Source: Malacoraja senta (Eukaryota). Taken from it: a stretch of 64,000 bases of DNA. A program made the position numbers and the translations under genes. The stretch spans positions 168,020,001-168,084,000 of the forward strand of contig CM075977.1 of assembly GCA_038087875.1 (NCBI GenBank), read 5' to 3'. Positions 1-12,526 of this stretch are shown piece by piece. The notes beneath the pieces are model-generated. The model was not told the DNA's origin. It made no database searches and worked only from the letters and a program-made list of their open reading frames with translations. The number at the start of each line of letters is the position of its first letter. The stretch's first letter is position 1.

Positions 1-700
1 AACTCCATCTGCCATTTCTCGGCTCATTTCCGTACCTGATCTATACTGCGCTGTATACTTTGACAGCCTTCCTCACAGTCTGCGAGCCCAGCAAACTTGG
101 TGTGATCTGCAAACTTCCGAACCAACTTCCGAACTACATTTATGTCCAAGTTATTTATATATACCACAAACAGCAGTAGTCCCAGCACAGATCCATGCAG
201 AACTCCACTAGTCACAGATCACCAGCCTGAATATTGTCCTTCCATTCTATTTTCTATCAGTAAGCCAGTTCCAAATCCATACGATCAAGTCACTATTAAT
301 CCCGTGCATATTAATGCTCTGGATCTGCCCACCATGGGGGACTTTATCAAAAGCCTTACTAAAATCCAAGTAGACAATGTCCACCGCTCTTCCCTCATAA
401 ATCACCCTCGTCACCTCCTCAAAATGTCTATCAAGGTAGTAAGAAAACCTGCCGTGTACAAAGCCATGCTGACTGTTCTAATTAACCTACTTTCTTCCAA
501 ATGGAGGTAAATCCTTCCCCGATGAATCCTCTCCAAAAGTTTCCCTACCACTGATGTGAGACTCAAGGGCTTATAAATCCCTGAATTCTCTCTACTTTCC
601 TTCTTAAAGACCACCTGTGGCTAGCGAAGATCCAAAGATCTTTGTCAAGACTCCTGCATTCTCCTCTCTTGCCTCTCTCAAGCCTTCTTAGGAAATAGAG
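1..700 (-). mobile_element. CR1 LINE ORF2 (RT) fragment, decayed
   Basis: Minus-strand ORFs read FKKESRENSGIYKPLSLTSVVGKLLERI and SGVLHGSVLGLLLFVVYINNLD...KFADHTK, matching CR1 RT motifs (PVSLTSV, GVPQGSVLGP, FADDTK). Confidence 0.9.
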
Positions 701-829
701 GCATAGGTGTATTTCCTTGGTCATCGATTATATGTGGTGGTCCAGGACAAGTTGCTGGGGATATTTACAGTATTCTTACAAACTTGAAGCTCGACCATCT
801 CTACTTCAGCACCATCAGTGTATACCAGG

Positions 830-1290
830 GTGTGCGTCTGTGCCCCTAACTAACGGGTCTGCTATCACCATGGCTCTGTCTGACTTTTGTCTTCCCCGCT
901 ATGCTTCAGAGACAGACCCAGCACTGCAGGCCGGACCACTACTTCTGTCACTGCTCTTCCCTGGCCTGTCATCCACCACAACAGTATCCAATGTAGCATA
1001 CCTGTTGTCGAGAGGACTGTCCTCAGGGGTTTCCTATACTTTCTGTCTGGTCCCTTACCTGGTGGTCACCCATCTACTTCCTACCTGTAATTTAGACGTG
1101 ACCACCTCACTGGAACTGTTATCTATGACACTGTCACATCCCTGGGTAATCCTGAGGTCATCCAGCTGCAGCTCCAATTCCATAACGCGGTCCTTAAGGA
1201 GATGCAGCTGAACACACCTACTGCAGCTGTAGTCCTCAAGGGCACTGGGAATATCCCTCATTTTAAACATCCTGCAGGACCACAGATAGA
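830..1290 (-). mobile_element. CR1 ORF1 fragment (Cys-rich region plus leucine zipper)
   Basis: ORF 1055..1354(-) CRMF...DYSCSRCVQLHLLKDRVMELELQLDDLR...WVTTR resembles the CR1 ORF1 N-terminus; collinear with the RT fragment. Confidence 0.75.
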
Positions 1291-1303
1291 CAGGAATACA
1301 GAT

Positions 1304-1491
1304 AAAATGTGTAGGAAGGAACTGCAGTTGCTGGTTTAAACCGAAGATAGACACAAAATGCTGGAGTAACTCAACGGGACAGGCAACATCTCTGGAGACC
1401 TTTTGGATCGAGACCCTTCTTCAGTCACCCATTCCTTCTCTCCAGAGATGCTGCCTGTCCCGCCGAGTTACTCCAACATTTTGTGTCTTTT
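1304..1491. mobile_element. Penelope-derived fold-back mini-insertion with 12-bp TSD
   Basis: Inverted arms gacacaaaatgctggagtaactc... / ...gagttactccaacattttgtgtc; TSD aggaatacagat at 1292-1303 and 1492-1503. Confidence 0.8.
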
Positions 1492-2486
1492 AGGAATACA
1501 GATGATTGGAATATGAGATGTGAAGAGGATGCAAGTTAACTACAAAGGAAGATAGATGAGTTTGAGGGGTGGGCAGGGTTCTCGCATAAAATGCGTGGAA
1601 ATGTGAAGTTTTCCACTTTGGCAGGAAAAAACAAAACATTTTTTAAGTTGTGAGATATTGCCTCAAGAAAGATACCAAGATAGTGATTGTGAATGGGTTA
1701 CCTTGACAGAGGATATTGAGCAAGAGGGTATTTATTCACTGATGTTTAAAAAAACTAGTGATAATCTCCTTAAAACCTGTATAATTTTCAGGGTGTTTCC
1801 TGGGAGATGAATTGAGAATAATATGGCATTTTTTTCAGGCAAATTAATGCACTGTTGATTCAGCAAGAGAAATATTTGGAATTCTCTATTTCCAAAGGCT
1901 TGGGGATTGAAGGTATTCAAGGTTGCAGTTAATACATTTTTGGATTCTGAAGAAATCAGAAGATATGGGAATCGGGTAAGAAAGAGGAATTTGGGTCAAA
2001 TATCTGCATGGTCTTATTGAGGAAAGTAGCAGGTTTAAGTGACCCTATGGCCTTCTTTTGCTCCCATATTCTTATATACTTACATTAACACTGCTCTGTT
2101 TGTTTCAATAGAGTTCCAGATAACCTATTTTAAACCATAGTGCTTCTCCACTAAAATAGCAGAGAGATGTCATCCAATCATGTTAAGTGCTTGACAGTTA
2201 ATAGCAAGGTATATTTACGTTAAGCATGCATATATATGACAGAGTACAGCATCTAGATGCAGAGAAAAATAAATACTACTATTTATAACTATCAGGAATG
2301 AAACCATATTTCAACTTATTCTGCATTGCGACAACTCCCACTCCCTTTTCCAAAGTGGTAGAATTTACAGAAGAAATCTGGAAGTTTTAAATTGTTGCTT
2401 GTTTGATCTTTGAAAGCAAATAATTAAACGATAATTTAAAAATATTTTATATCCACTTGATTTGAAGATATAATTATGTCAGCTTT

Positions 2487-2844
2487 GGAGCCAGATGGCG
2501 CAATGGGCTAAGTGTTCGGCTGGCAACCGGAAGGTAGCCGGTTCGAATCCCGCTTGGAGTGCATACTGTCGTTGTGTCCTTGGGCAAGACACTTCACCCA
2601 CCTTTGCCTGCGTGTGAATGTGTGTGAATGTGTGTGAATGTGTGTGAGTGATTGGTGGTGGTCGGAGGGGCCGTAGGCGCAGATTAGCAGCCACGCTTCC
2701 GTCAGTCTACCCCAGGGCAGCTGTGGCTACAGAAGTAGCTCACCACCACCGAGTGTGACTGAGGAGTGAATGAATAATGCGATGTAAAGCGCCTTGAGTA
2801 TTAGAAAGGCACTATATAAATCCCATCCATTATTATTATTATTA
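2487..2844 (+). mobile_element. tRNA-derived CORE-type SINE with L2-like 3' tail
   Basis: A-box tggcgcaatgg, B-box ggttcgaatcc, CORE-like gtgtccttgggcaagacacttcaccc, tail tgtaaagcgccttgag...ctatataaat...(att)n. Confidence 0.8.
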
Positions 2845-2984
2845 TATGTTTTGCATATCTAAAAGAATATCAGTTTTCTTTCCACCTATGCAGTAGTTCA
2901 TGCCATTTGTTTTAGAGCTATAGAGTCATAAAGTTATACATCATGGAAATGGGCCCTTTGACCCAATCGGCTCACTCTGACCAA

Positions 2985-3122
2985 NNNNNNNNNNNNNNNN
3001 NNNNNNNNNNNNNNNNNNNNNNNNNNNNNNNNNNNNNNNNNNNNNNNNNNNNNNNNNNNNNNNNNNNNNNNNNNNNNNNNNNNNNNNNNNNNNNNNNNNN
3101 NNNNNNNNNNNNNNNNNNNNNN
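2985..3122. other. Assembly gap (N run)
   Basis: Run of n. Confidence 1.
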
Positions 3123-3677
3123 TCCTACTGGTTATGATCTCTTCCCACAGGTTTGAGGAAGATTAAGCCACTGGGACAAACCCGAGACCACCAGTGCCGC
3201 CGCGTGGCAAAGACTGGGCTGCCAGGAAGAAGACCTGGACAGCCAACGTCTGTACTGAGGCTGAGACTGAATGGCCAGAGCTTCTTCCTGCCCACGAACA
3301 GCAAGGGACTAACTGCACCCACACACACTGAGACAAAGACTGAGCCACCAGGATAATCCAGAGACCGCAAGTGCTGCCCTTTCAAGCCCAAAGCTGCACT
3401 ACCAGGATAAACCCGAGACTGCCAGCACCTTTTCCCAAGGCAAGGATGATCTACAGGGAGAAGCCTGAGATGGCCATGCCTCCTCCTTCGAAGAGCAGGA
3501 CTGCCAGAACAAACTCAAGATTGCTCATGCCACCGCACATGCACTCTGATGGCAAGGGTCAGCGCCCCCATGTGGTCCTAGACTTTCATAGCATTGTAAC
3601 TAAAATATACACATGAGTTCACCCTGCTGCCAGTCGGAGTGGTCACTGCCGAAACCGGCAACATCCCTAACGCCACA
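3123..3677. repeat. Possible LTR or unclassified GC-rich repeat; one end is hidden in the gap
   Basis: Abrupt composition change; ends ...cgccaca (CA terminus); no coding similarity recognised. Confidence 0.3.
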
Positions 3678-4964
3678 ACCCCCACAATTAGTCTGAAGAA
3701 GGGCGTTGAGCGGATACGGTAACTTCTAACAAGCCCCCTCCCCTTTCACCCCCACACCCACCTTTTCTTCCCCCCACCCCCCCAAACCGCCTTCCCCCCA
3801 CACTCCCACGCCCTGTGCCCCACCTGGACTCACATCTATTTCTCATCTCCCCTTCCCCTCCTCCAACATTCCTTCCTCTGGCTTCACAATTTACGTTAAT
3901 CTCTGGTTTTTGGTCCATCAAAAACCTGCTCACCTGTTTCCTCCTGTTACGCCATGCTTTGTCCTCCCAACTCCCTATAATCAGACTGAAGAAGGGTCCC
4001 GACCTAAAATATCACCAATCCAAGTTATCCAGAGAGGCCGCAAAATTATTCCAGCTTTTTGTGTCTATCACCAATTTCAAATGCTCCATTAAAACAACAA
4101 GAAGACCTGGCAGTGATGATGGGTGGCCAGTTGTTCAGGGATACAAGTGCACCTCACATGCAAGATTTGCTAGGAGAGAACAATTCGAACATCCATAAGG
4201 ATGAAGATTATATTATTTTGATTTGGGAGGTATTATAAAAATGAAGTTTGTTTTAAATTATGTCAAATGATTATATGTCCAGTTTCAGAAGAATTTGGGT
4301 TTCCCTATTCTATTGCATAAAGCTCATAAAGTTAACATGCAGGAATAGTAAATAATTAGTGGGAAACATTGTTTAGTTTAGTTTATCATCACGTGCACTG
4401 AGGTATAGTGCAAAGCTTTTGTTGCAAGCTAACGAAAGACAATACATGATTACAATCGAGCCATTCACAGTGTACAGATAGATACATGATAAGGGAATAA
4501 CGTTTAGTGCAAGAGATCTTATATAAGGGCCGATATATAAGGAGAGATTAAAGCAATGGAGTTAGATAAATCAATGATATTGGTTGTGGTAATGAAGAAG
4601 TCCATGACCACCGCTTCAATGTGCCTATTGTTGGAAATAAGAATGGAAAGAGCAAGGGGCAGAGATTATCAAAATAAATGATAATGGGGAAAGAGCTTTA
4701 ACTAATATCAGCTCTATTACCAATGCCCTGGAGTCAAACTAATCTCATTTCATAGTCATCCATCTACCTTTATTAGTTCTGTTCTCTTAAGCAATAGATT
4801 GCACATAGAAATGCAGTTACACCAATCCAGGAGAGGAATTTAGTGAGGCATCACACTCACAACTACTGCATCATTACTATACTGAATTGGTATACCATTT
4901 GTTACTTGATTTCTGGATTCTGTAAAATACAGTAATATCTAAATACACTGTTTTTACCACCTTA

Positions 4965-5579
4965 GGCAATTGAGAAAATTCAGAGTGTCTCCGAGGATCC
5001 TCCAGTGCTTCTACTCAGCGGCTGTGGAAAGCATCTTGTCCGGAAATATCACAATCTGGTTTGGGAATTGCTCTGCCCAGGACAAGAAGACTCTGCAGAG
5101 AGTAGTGCGTTCGGCCGAACGCACTATGGGAACTACACTCGCCCCTCTGCAGGAACTAAACATCAGGAGGTGCAACTCCAGAGCCAATAAGATCATGGGA
5201 GACCCCTTCCACACCTGCAACGGACTGTTCCAGCTGCTACGGTCAGGCAAACGCCTCCATTGCCATGCTGTGAGAACGGAGAGGTTGAGAAGGAGTTTCT
5301 TCCCAGAGGCCATCAGGACTGTAAACTCCTATCTCACCAGGGACTAACTTTACTGGACCACTCTACTGTTTTTTTTTTAAATTGCTGTTTTTTTTCCCCC
5401 TTTTTCCTTCCGCCCACAATATTTAATATGTAAAAGATTATGTGCTTCTGTTCCATTCTGTTTGTAGTTTGTTTGTTTGTTTGTTTGTTTGTTTTTTGCA
5501 CAAAGTCCGCGAGCATTGCCACTTTTCATTTCACTGCACATCTCGTATGTGTATGTGACGAATAAACTTGACTTGACTT
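4965..5579 (+). mobile_element. Rex1/Babar-type LINE 3' end
   Basis: LRKFRVSPRILQCFYSAAVESILSGNITIWFGN...RLRRSFFPEAIR (C-terminal domain), then aataaa and a (cttga)n tail. Confidence 0.9.
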
Positions 5580-6069
5580 AATAACAGCACAAATATTTCC
5601 TTTAATTTCTACATTCCAATCATACCAACAATAAAGCAGAAATATATTGGCTGATAATGAAGTAACAAGCACAATCCCAACAAAATTCCTCGAAGCACTT
5701 CCATTCTCTGTTAATCAGTTCACAAGCGGGTTATGTTGTCTTTCTACTCTGAGAACCGCTTCATTACTATAACCCTATCAAAGTACAGTTTTAAAGCAGT
5801 TTTTAGTGATCCTGCTGCCTGCTTAAGATATTGGTACTTGTTGCGTTAAATCTCATTCCCACAGTTTTAAGCAGAACAATACCAGGTCCAAAAAGATGGG
5901 CTCTTGGTGAATACATTCAAAACATGAAGAGACTACATTAATAGCAGTTCCACATATTCATATCCATTGCTTACATTAATATAACTTTCACACATTTCCC
6001 CCCATTTTAGCATTGCTGTAACTTCCACATTTTCACATCCAATTCCCTTACAAATGCCAGTTCTAGAGG

Positions 6070-6850
6070 GTTAATGGTCAAGAGTGCTCAATTGTCTTAT
6101 GCTCTCGGACCGGAACAATTAAATTCTTACCTGCTGCAGCTTAACAGGCACATTCAATGCAACAGAACAACAACAAAAATACAATTAACTATCAGTTATT
6201 CTAGATAAACCAGACCATGATAGTGCAAGCCAAAGAACATAGTGCAATCTAGTTAGTGCAAATTGCAGAGTAGTCCGTTGCCGAGATAGGTTCATGGTCA
6301 GGGTTGTGCAGAGAGCCTGATGGTTGATGGCTAGCAGCTGTTGTTGAAACTGGAGATAACAGTTCTCAGACTCCTCTACATTCTTCCTGATGGTAGCAGC
6401 AAATGGAGAGTGTGGCCAGCATACTGTGGGTATTTGATAATATTAGCTGCCTTCTTGAAGCAGCACTTCCTGTATATCCCTTTGATGGTGGGGAAGTCAA
6501 TACACGTGATGGACTGGGCAATGTCAAGCATTATCTGCAGCCTTCTTCACTCTTGAGAGTTTGAGTTACCAAACCAGGCCATGATGCAACCAGTCTGTAT
6601 GTTCTACACGGTACACCTGTTGAAGTTTGATAGAGTATTCGCAGACATGCCAGAAGTCCAGGGTTTGACAATGAGTTTGGAAAGAATGATGATGTTGAAT
6701 GCCAAGATATAGTCGATGAACAACAGCCTGATGTATGTGTTCCTAATGTCCAAGAGGCCCAGTTCGGAGTCACTCAGATCGCACCCACTGTTGATCTATT
6801 GTCATTGTAGGTAAATTGAACTGGGTCCGCAGGCAGGAGACAGGAGTTGA
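6070..6850 (-). mobile_element. Rex1/Babar LINE, decayed RT and 3' end
   Basis: Minus strand carries ctgttgttcatcgactatatcttggcattcaacatc (LFIDYSSAFN-like) and ...agaaacagcttc-type C-terminal sequence. Confidence 0.7.
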
Positions 6851-6899
6851 TATGTGTAATAATCATACTCTTATGATTGATAGGGAAGGTGCTCTATGG

Positions 6900-7200
6900 A
6901 TGGCACAATGGCGCAGCGGTCTAGTTGCTCATAGTGCCAGAGACAAGGGTTCAATCCTGACTATATCGGTGCTGTCTGTGTGGAGTTTGTACATTCACCT
7001 TGTGACAGCTTGGGGTTTCTCCAGGAGCTCCAGTTTCCTCCCACACTCTAAAGACATACAGGCTTGTAGCTTAATTGGCTTTGGTAAAAATTGTAAATTG
7101 TCTCTACTGTGTAGGATAATGCTAGTGTACGGGGATCGCTGGTCGGCGCAGACTTGGTGTGCCAAAGGGACTGTTTTTGCGCTATATCTCTAAACTCTAA
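6900..7200 (+). mobile_element. HE1-like V-SINE
   Basis: tggcgcagcgg A-box, gggttcaatcc B-box, V-domain tgtggagtttgtacattc...ttcctcccacactc, CR1-derived tail and (taaac)n. Confidence 0.85.
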
Positions 7201-7599
7201 ACTTCAAATGGATTGCAGAGTTGTATAACTTTAGGAAGCAAGTTTTGACATTTCTTCAATAACACAAATGGACTACAAAAATCCCAAAGATGTAATGCAC
7301 CCAAATCTCCAAAGCATTTTTTACCACAAGCAGATTTATTACTTAAACACAGAGGTAAAAGATTCAGTGTAAACTATGAAATCGATCTGTAACTCGTTGA
7401 AGATTTGTACATAACGAATATTTATTTATTGGTGGAGATGTTCAGAGAGAAGTGAGACTACAAGCCTCTTGACAATGTACATAGTTTAACACGAATCAGG
7501 TGTGTAATTAAATTTAGAAAATATTAGTGGAATAATAGAATCAAAAGTGAGTTTTCAGGCAAGATATCCCCTTTTCTCCGAGACTTCTCTCCGAGACTA

Positions 7600-8135
7600 A
7601 GCGTTTAACAGACTTATTGAATAAAGTGATTGAAAAATGTATTGACTTGGAGAGACGTCAGAGACGCCAGAATTTAAGAATTGTTGGTGGTAAATAGGGC
7701 AAAGAGGGAAATAAAGACCTCCGTGACTTTGCTGCAGACTTATTTAAAAAAGTTTAAAATTTAGATCAAAAGCCTCTACTAGATCGGGCACACAGAGCAC
7801 TGAGACGTCGCCCGAGTGCGAGCGCCCCCCCCAAGACAACTGATAGTGAAGGTGCAATACAACCATGTTTTGGATGACATTATAATAAAATTGCTGGCAA
7901 CAGAAATCTCCTATTTGAAGGAGACAAGATCAGTATATTTAGAGATTATCCTGTAGAGGTCGCCAGGAGGAGAGCGCTTTTCAGTGAGACAAGAGGAATC
8001 CTTAAGAAGATACCAAAGCTGAGATATGGACTGATGTATCCTGCAAAACTGAGAGTCACTACAAGCAGAAGGAACATTTCTTCACCGATTACAAGGAAGC
8101 ATTGGAGTTCGCCCAGGATATTGAGAATCCGACTG
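7600..8135 (+). pseudogene. L1 ORF1 remnant (frameshifted)
   Basis: Translates in pieces to DLERRQRRQNLRIVG, LDRAHRALRRRP and IFRDYPVEVARRRALF...LRYGLMYPAKLRV. Confidence 0.85.
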
Positions 8136-8867
8136 ATGATTGAACAATATCCCCATGATGTCATCATCTTGCAGAGAACAAATGGAACTTTAAATTGTTA
8201 TACTTAAGGACTAATGATAGTTGATAATGATAGTCGAGCAAGTTTCTTGCTATTGATTTACAACCCTTATTATTTAGTACTAATTACTACTAATTATTAC
8301 TAACTATTATTAACAAGATTTACTTAGAATTAGTTATAAATAAGAACTGTAAATAAGGTTTGATTTAGGTATTTTACTAATAAAATTTGTTTGTTTTTTA
8401 ACATTTGACTAATATTTGATTAATATTTTTTCAGGAGAATAATCATTTTTTACTACTGGATTACAAATTCTTCGGACCTAAAAATGTTTTTTCCCCTCCC
8501 CCTTTTATAAATTGTTTTTATTGAAATTTTCTTTTTTATTAAAGCATGGAGCTAGTATTATTTTTTTTTTAAGGCTACGGAAGTCTTTAGATGGTTAGCC
8601 ACGCTAGTGTGGCTATCACTAAATACACTGATTGTAGATGTGTTTTTTTCTTTTCTTTGCACTCCACTAATCATCTATTTTTCCACTTTCTTTACTCTTT
8701 ACTTAATTATAACCTTAATATTAAATTCAATTATAAGTTTTATTTAAGGAGATATGTTCGGAAGGAAGACTTATTAAATCTAAAATTCATCTATCTTGTG
8801 TTCGGGTGGAATGTCGGGTTTAGTGTATTGAACCATCTGCTCTTTTATAGACCACCCTACCCATAAG

Positions 8868-11800
8868 ATGCAAGATGTTAATATGAAAATTGGGGGTGAA
8901 GGAATTACATTTTGTAGTTGGAACGTTAAGGGTACTAATGAACCAATCAAGAGAGGTAAAGTATTAGCACATTTAAAATCATTGAAAGCTGATATAATGT
9001 TTCTTCAAGAAACTCACCTTAAAAATGAAGCGCAACATAGATTGAAAGCAAAGTGGATTGCCAAAACGTATCATTCTTCATTCTCTCATAAGTCCAGAGG
9101 GGTTGCAATTCTAATCCATAAAGGTATACCTTTTAAACATATATAAACTATTGCGGATATCGATGGTAGATATATGGAATGACCGAGATGCAGACACAAT
9201 GGAGACTTAATCCTCAAATTTTAAATGGTAAAGCATGTCACGAATATCTTATTACACAGATTAATGTGTTTTTCGAGTCGAATGACTGCTCTGAAACATC
9301 TGCCTCCCTTCTCAGGGAAACATTCAAAGCATTTATACGAGGAGCGTTAATCTCCTCACAAGCCTTTCATAATAAAAATAATCGTGCTAAACAACAGGTA
9401 TTGGAAATGGAAATAAGGCAATTAGATATAGAGAATGTGGCCTCCCCCTCTGTGATAAAACATAATAAAATCGCTGCACTTAAATATAAGTTAAATCAAA
9501 TATATTCAGATCAAATCATAAAACTTTATCAACATACTAAACAACTACACTTTGAATTCGGTGATAAACCACAAAAACTAATAGCTCGTCAACTCCGAAA
9601 ACTGGATGGGGAAAAAAGAATTTACAAAATTAGATCAGATATGGGAGAAATACTAACATTGCCCAAGGATATCAATGACAGATTTTTACAATATTATCAA
9701 ACACTTTATTCAACCAAAACGACAGAGTGTTCTGCAAGAATGGAATCATTTTTACAGAAATGTAATCTTACAGGTTTAGATCTGAAAGAGAGGGAATTAT
9801 TAGGTGCTAAAATAGCAGTAAAATATATTAAAGTCCATTAGATCTTTGAAAAATGGAAAGGCCCTGATGGCTTAAACTCTGAATTCTATAAAAGATTTAA
9901 TGACCTGATTTCTCCACGCCTACAGACATTATATAATTACGCTTTTACTCAACAGAAACTGCCAGAAACATTAAACGAATCAACAATAACACTTATACCA
10001 AAAATGGATAAGGACCTTGAGGATCCAGGTTCATATAGAGCAAATTGCTCTTTTAAACTGATCAGAAAATATTAACTACAATTTTAGCCCATAGATTAAG
10101 TTTAGTGATTCATAAATTAATACATCCCGATCAAACAGGTTTTATCCCAAAACGTTATTCATTTTATAATCTGAGACGATTATTGAACATTATATATTCA
10201 AATAGAATAGCTAATGTAGATTTAGCAGTCATCTCGTTAGATGCTGATAAAGCACTTGATCAGGTGGAATGGCCCTATTTATTTTCGGTGATGGAAACAT
10301 TTCAACTGGGTGAGAAGTTTTGTACATGGGTTAAACTCCTATATACTAACCCAACAGCTAGAATATTGACAAACCAAATGTTATCACCTAAATTTAATTT
10401 ATCTCGGGGTTGTAGACAAGGATGCCCGTTATCTCTGTTATTATTCGCCCTAGCTATTGAACCACTGGCAGAAAGTGTTAGAGTCTACCCAGAAATATAT
10501 GGGTATAATACTAAAGATACAGTTAATAAAATGTCTTTATACGCAGATGATGTATTACTATACATTACAAATCCAGAAACCAGCATTCCAAACTTGTTAA
10601 ATCTTACAAACTCAATTTGGCTTATTTCCGGGATATAGAATTAATTGGAACAAAAGTGAAATTATGCCAATAAGGTAACTTAACCTACATACATTGCAAC
10701 AATCTCCTTTTAAAATAGTCTACGAAAAATTTAAATATCTAGGAATTTATGTGACTAAGAAATATACTTCTTTATTTAAATTAAATTTTCCGCCTTTACT
10801 TAATAAACTGCATAAGAATATTCAGTATTGGAATACACTTCCCATCTCAATGCTCGGTAGAATTAATGCCATAAAAATGATTTTCCTTCCACAATTACTG
10901 TACCCTTTTCAATCAACCCTTATATATCTCCCAATTTTTTTTTTTTTAAGTTGATTCTATTGTCACAAGTTTTATTTGGGATTATAAGAACCATAGAATA
11001 AGTAAAAAACATTTATGTAAATCCAAGATGAATGGAGGATTAGTTTTACCAAATTTTTTATTTTACTTTTGGGCAGTTAATATTAAAAATATGAACTTCT
11101 GGTTGGAAGATATGGATCAACAACTAGATTGGTTAAAGATGGAAAAGGAAGATTGTTTACCTTTTGAAATTGGTCGATTCTGTTAGCTTCCACAAAACTG
11201 AATCAAAAAACCTATAGTGAAAATCCTATAATATATAGTGGTATACAAATTTGGAAACAATTAAAAAAGACTTTAAAATTGGATAATTTATCACTTTTTC
11301 TCCCCATTGCAAATAATCCTTCATTTAAACCTTCTGTGTTGGATAAAGGTTTTGTACAATGGAAAAATTATGGAATTAAAAAGGTGGGACATCTTTACAG
11401 AAAAGGTATTTTTCTTTCATTTCAGGAGTTACAACAGAGTTATGGACTACATTCAAATATTTTTGTTAGATATTTACAACTTAGAGATTATGTTAAATCA
11501 CATACACAAGAATATAGAACTAGGGAGCCAGAGACCCTTGATGAATGTTTGAATAAACATCCTAACACAGATAAATTAATATCTCACATTTATAATATTC
11601 TTTTAGATAGTGAGGTCCCGTCGACGGAATTATATAGAAAATGAACTAGCTCAACCTACAATGAAAGATATTTGGGATGAAAGTCTACAACATATACATC
11701 AATGCTCGTTAAATGCCAGACATTCTTTAATACGATTTAACGTACTACATAGACTGCACTAAAACAAAATTAAATAGAATTTTTCCAAATATTTCTCCTA

Positions 11801-12192
11801 TCTGTGACAAATGTCAATATTCAGAAGCTAATTTAACTCATACTTTTGTAAATTGTATAAACATTTTAAATTTCTGGACGGATATTTTTTACATTATTTC
11901 TGAAGTTGTTAATATCCAATTGGATCCTGATCCAAAACTAATAATATTAGGAATATCAGAACAAAGCCTAAAACTTACAACAAGCCAAAGAAATGTCCTT
12001 GATTATAGTATAATAATTGGGAAAAAAATAATATTAAAATTTTGGAAAAACCCAACAACTCTCACAATTAAAACGTGGATTATGGAGATGTCTGAGACCT
12101 TACACTTGGAAAAAATTAGACTTGTCTTAATTGACAAACCAGAATTATTTGCTAGAATATGGTCTCCATTTATTGATTTTCTGAAAGGGTAA
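8868..12192 (+). pseudogene. L1 ORF2 (APE endonuclease, RT, Cys-rich domain), disrupted
   Basis: SWNVKG, FLQETHL, SRGVAILI, WRLN, EFGDKP, DQTGFIPKR, SLDADKALD, RGCRQGCPLS, SLYADDVLLY; multiple stops and frameshifts. Confidence 0.95.
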
Positions 12193-12526
12193 ATTGGTCC
12201 AGCATGGAAACTTGACTGAGACTTGAATCCAGGATTGGATGAATAGTTACATTTTATAATCTACGGACCTATCTCCAAAATTGTATTATTGGTAATTTAT
12301 CCTATTTTTTCTTCGCTTTCTCCCCCCCTTCTTTCTATCTATAAAAAAAATAAACAAATAGAAGCTGTGTTAATATGTAATTGATAAACAAGGACCCCAG
12401 CTATTTTGATAGCTGGGATCCCAGCTATTAACAATATGTAATTGATAAACAAATTGTGTTTTGATTACGATATGTATATGCTTCTAATAAAAAGATTATA
12501 AAAAAATAAAAAAAAGATATCCCCTT

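Larger units (their letters stand above)
7574..12513 (+). mobile_element. LINE-1 (L1), 5'-truncated in ORF1, inactive
   Basis: ORF1 and ORF2 remnants, aataaa at 12486, A-rich tail, exact 13-bp TSD aagatatcccctt at 7561-7573 and 12514-12526. Confidence 0.95.

Noticed and set aside
6900-6965. tRNA-like sequences here and at other SINE heads
   Set aside because: They are heads of V-SINE or CORE-SINE copies followed by SINE bodies, not tRNA genes
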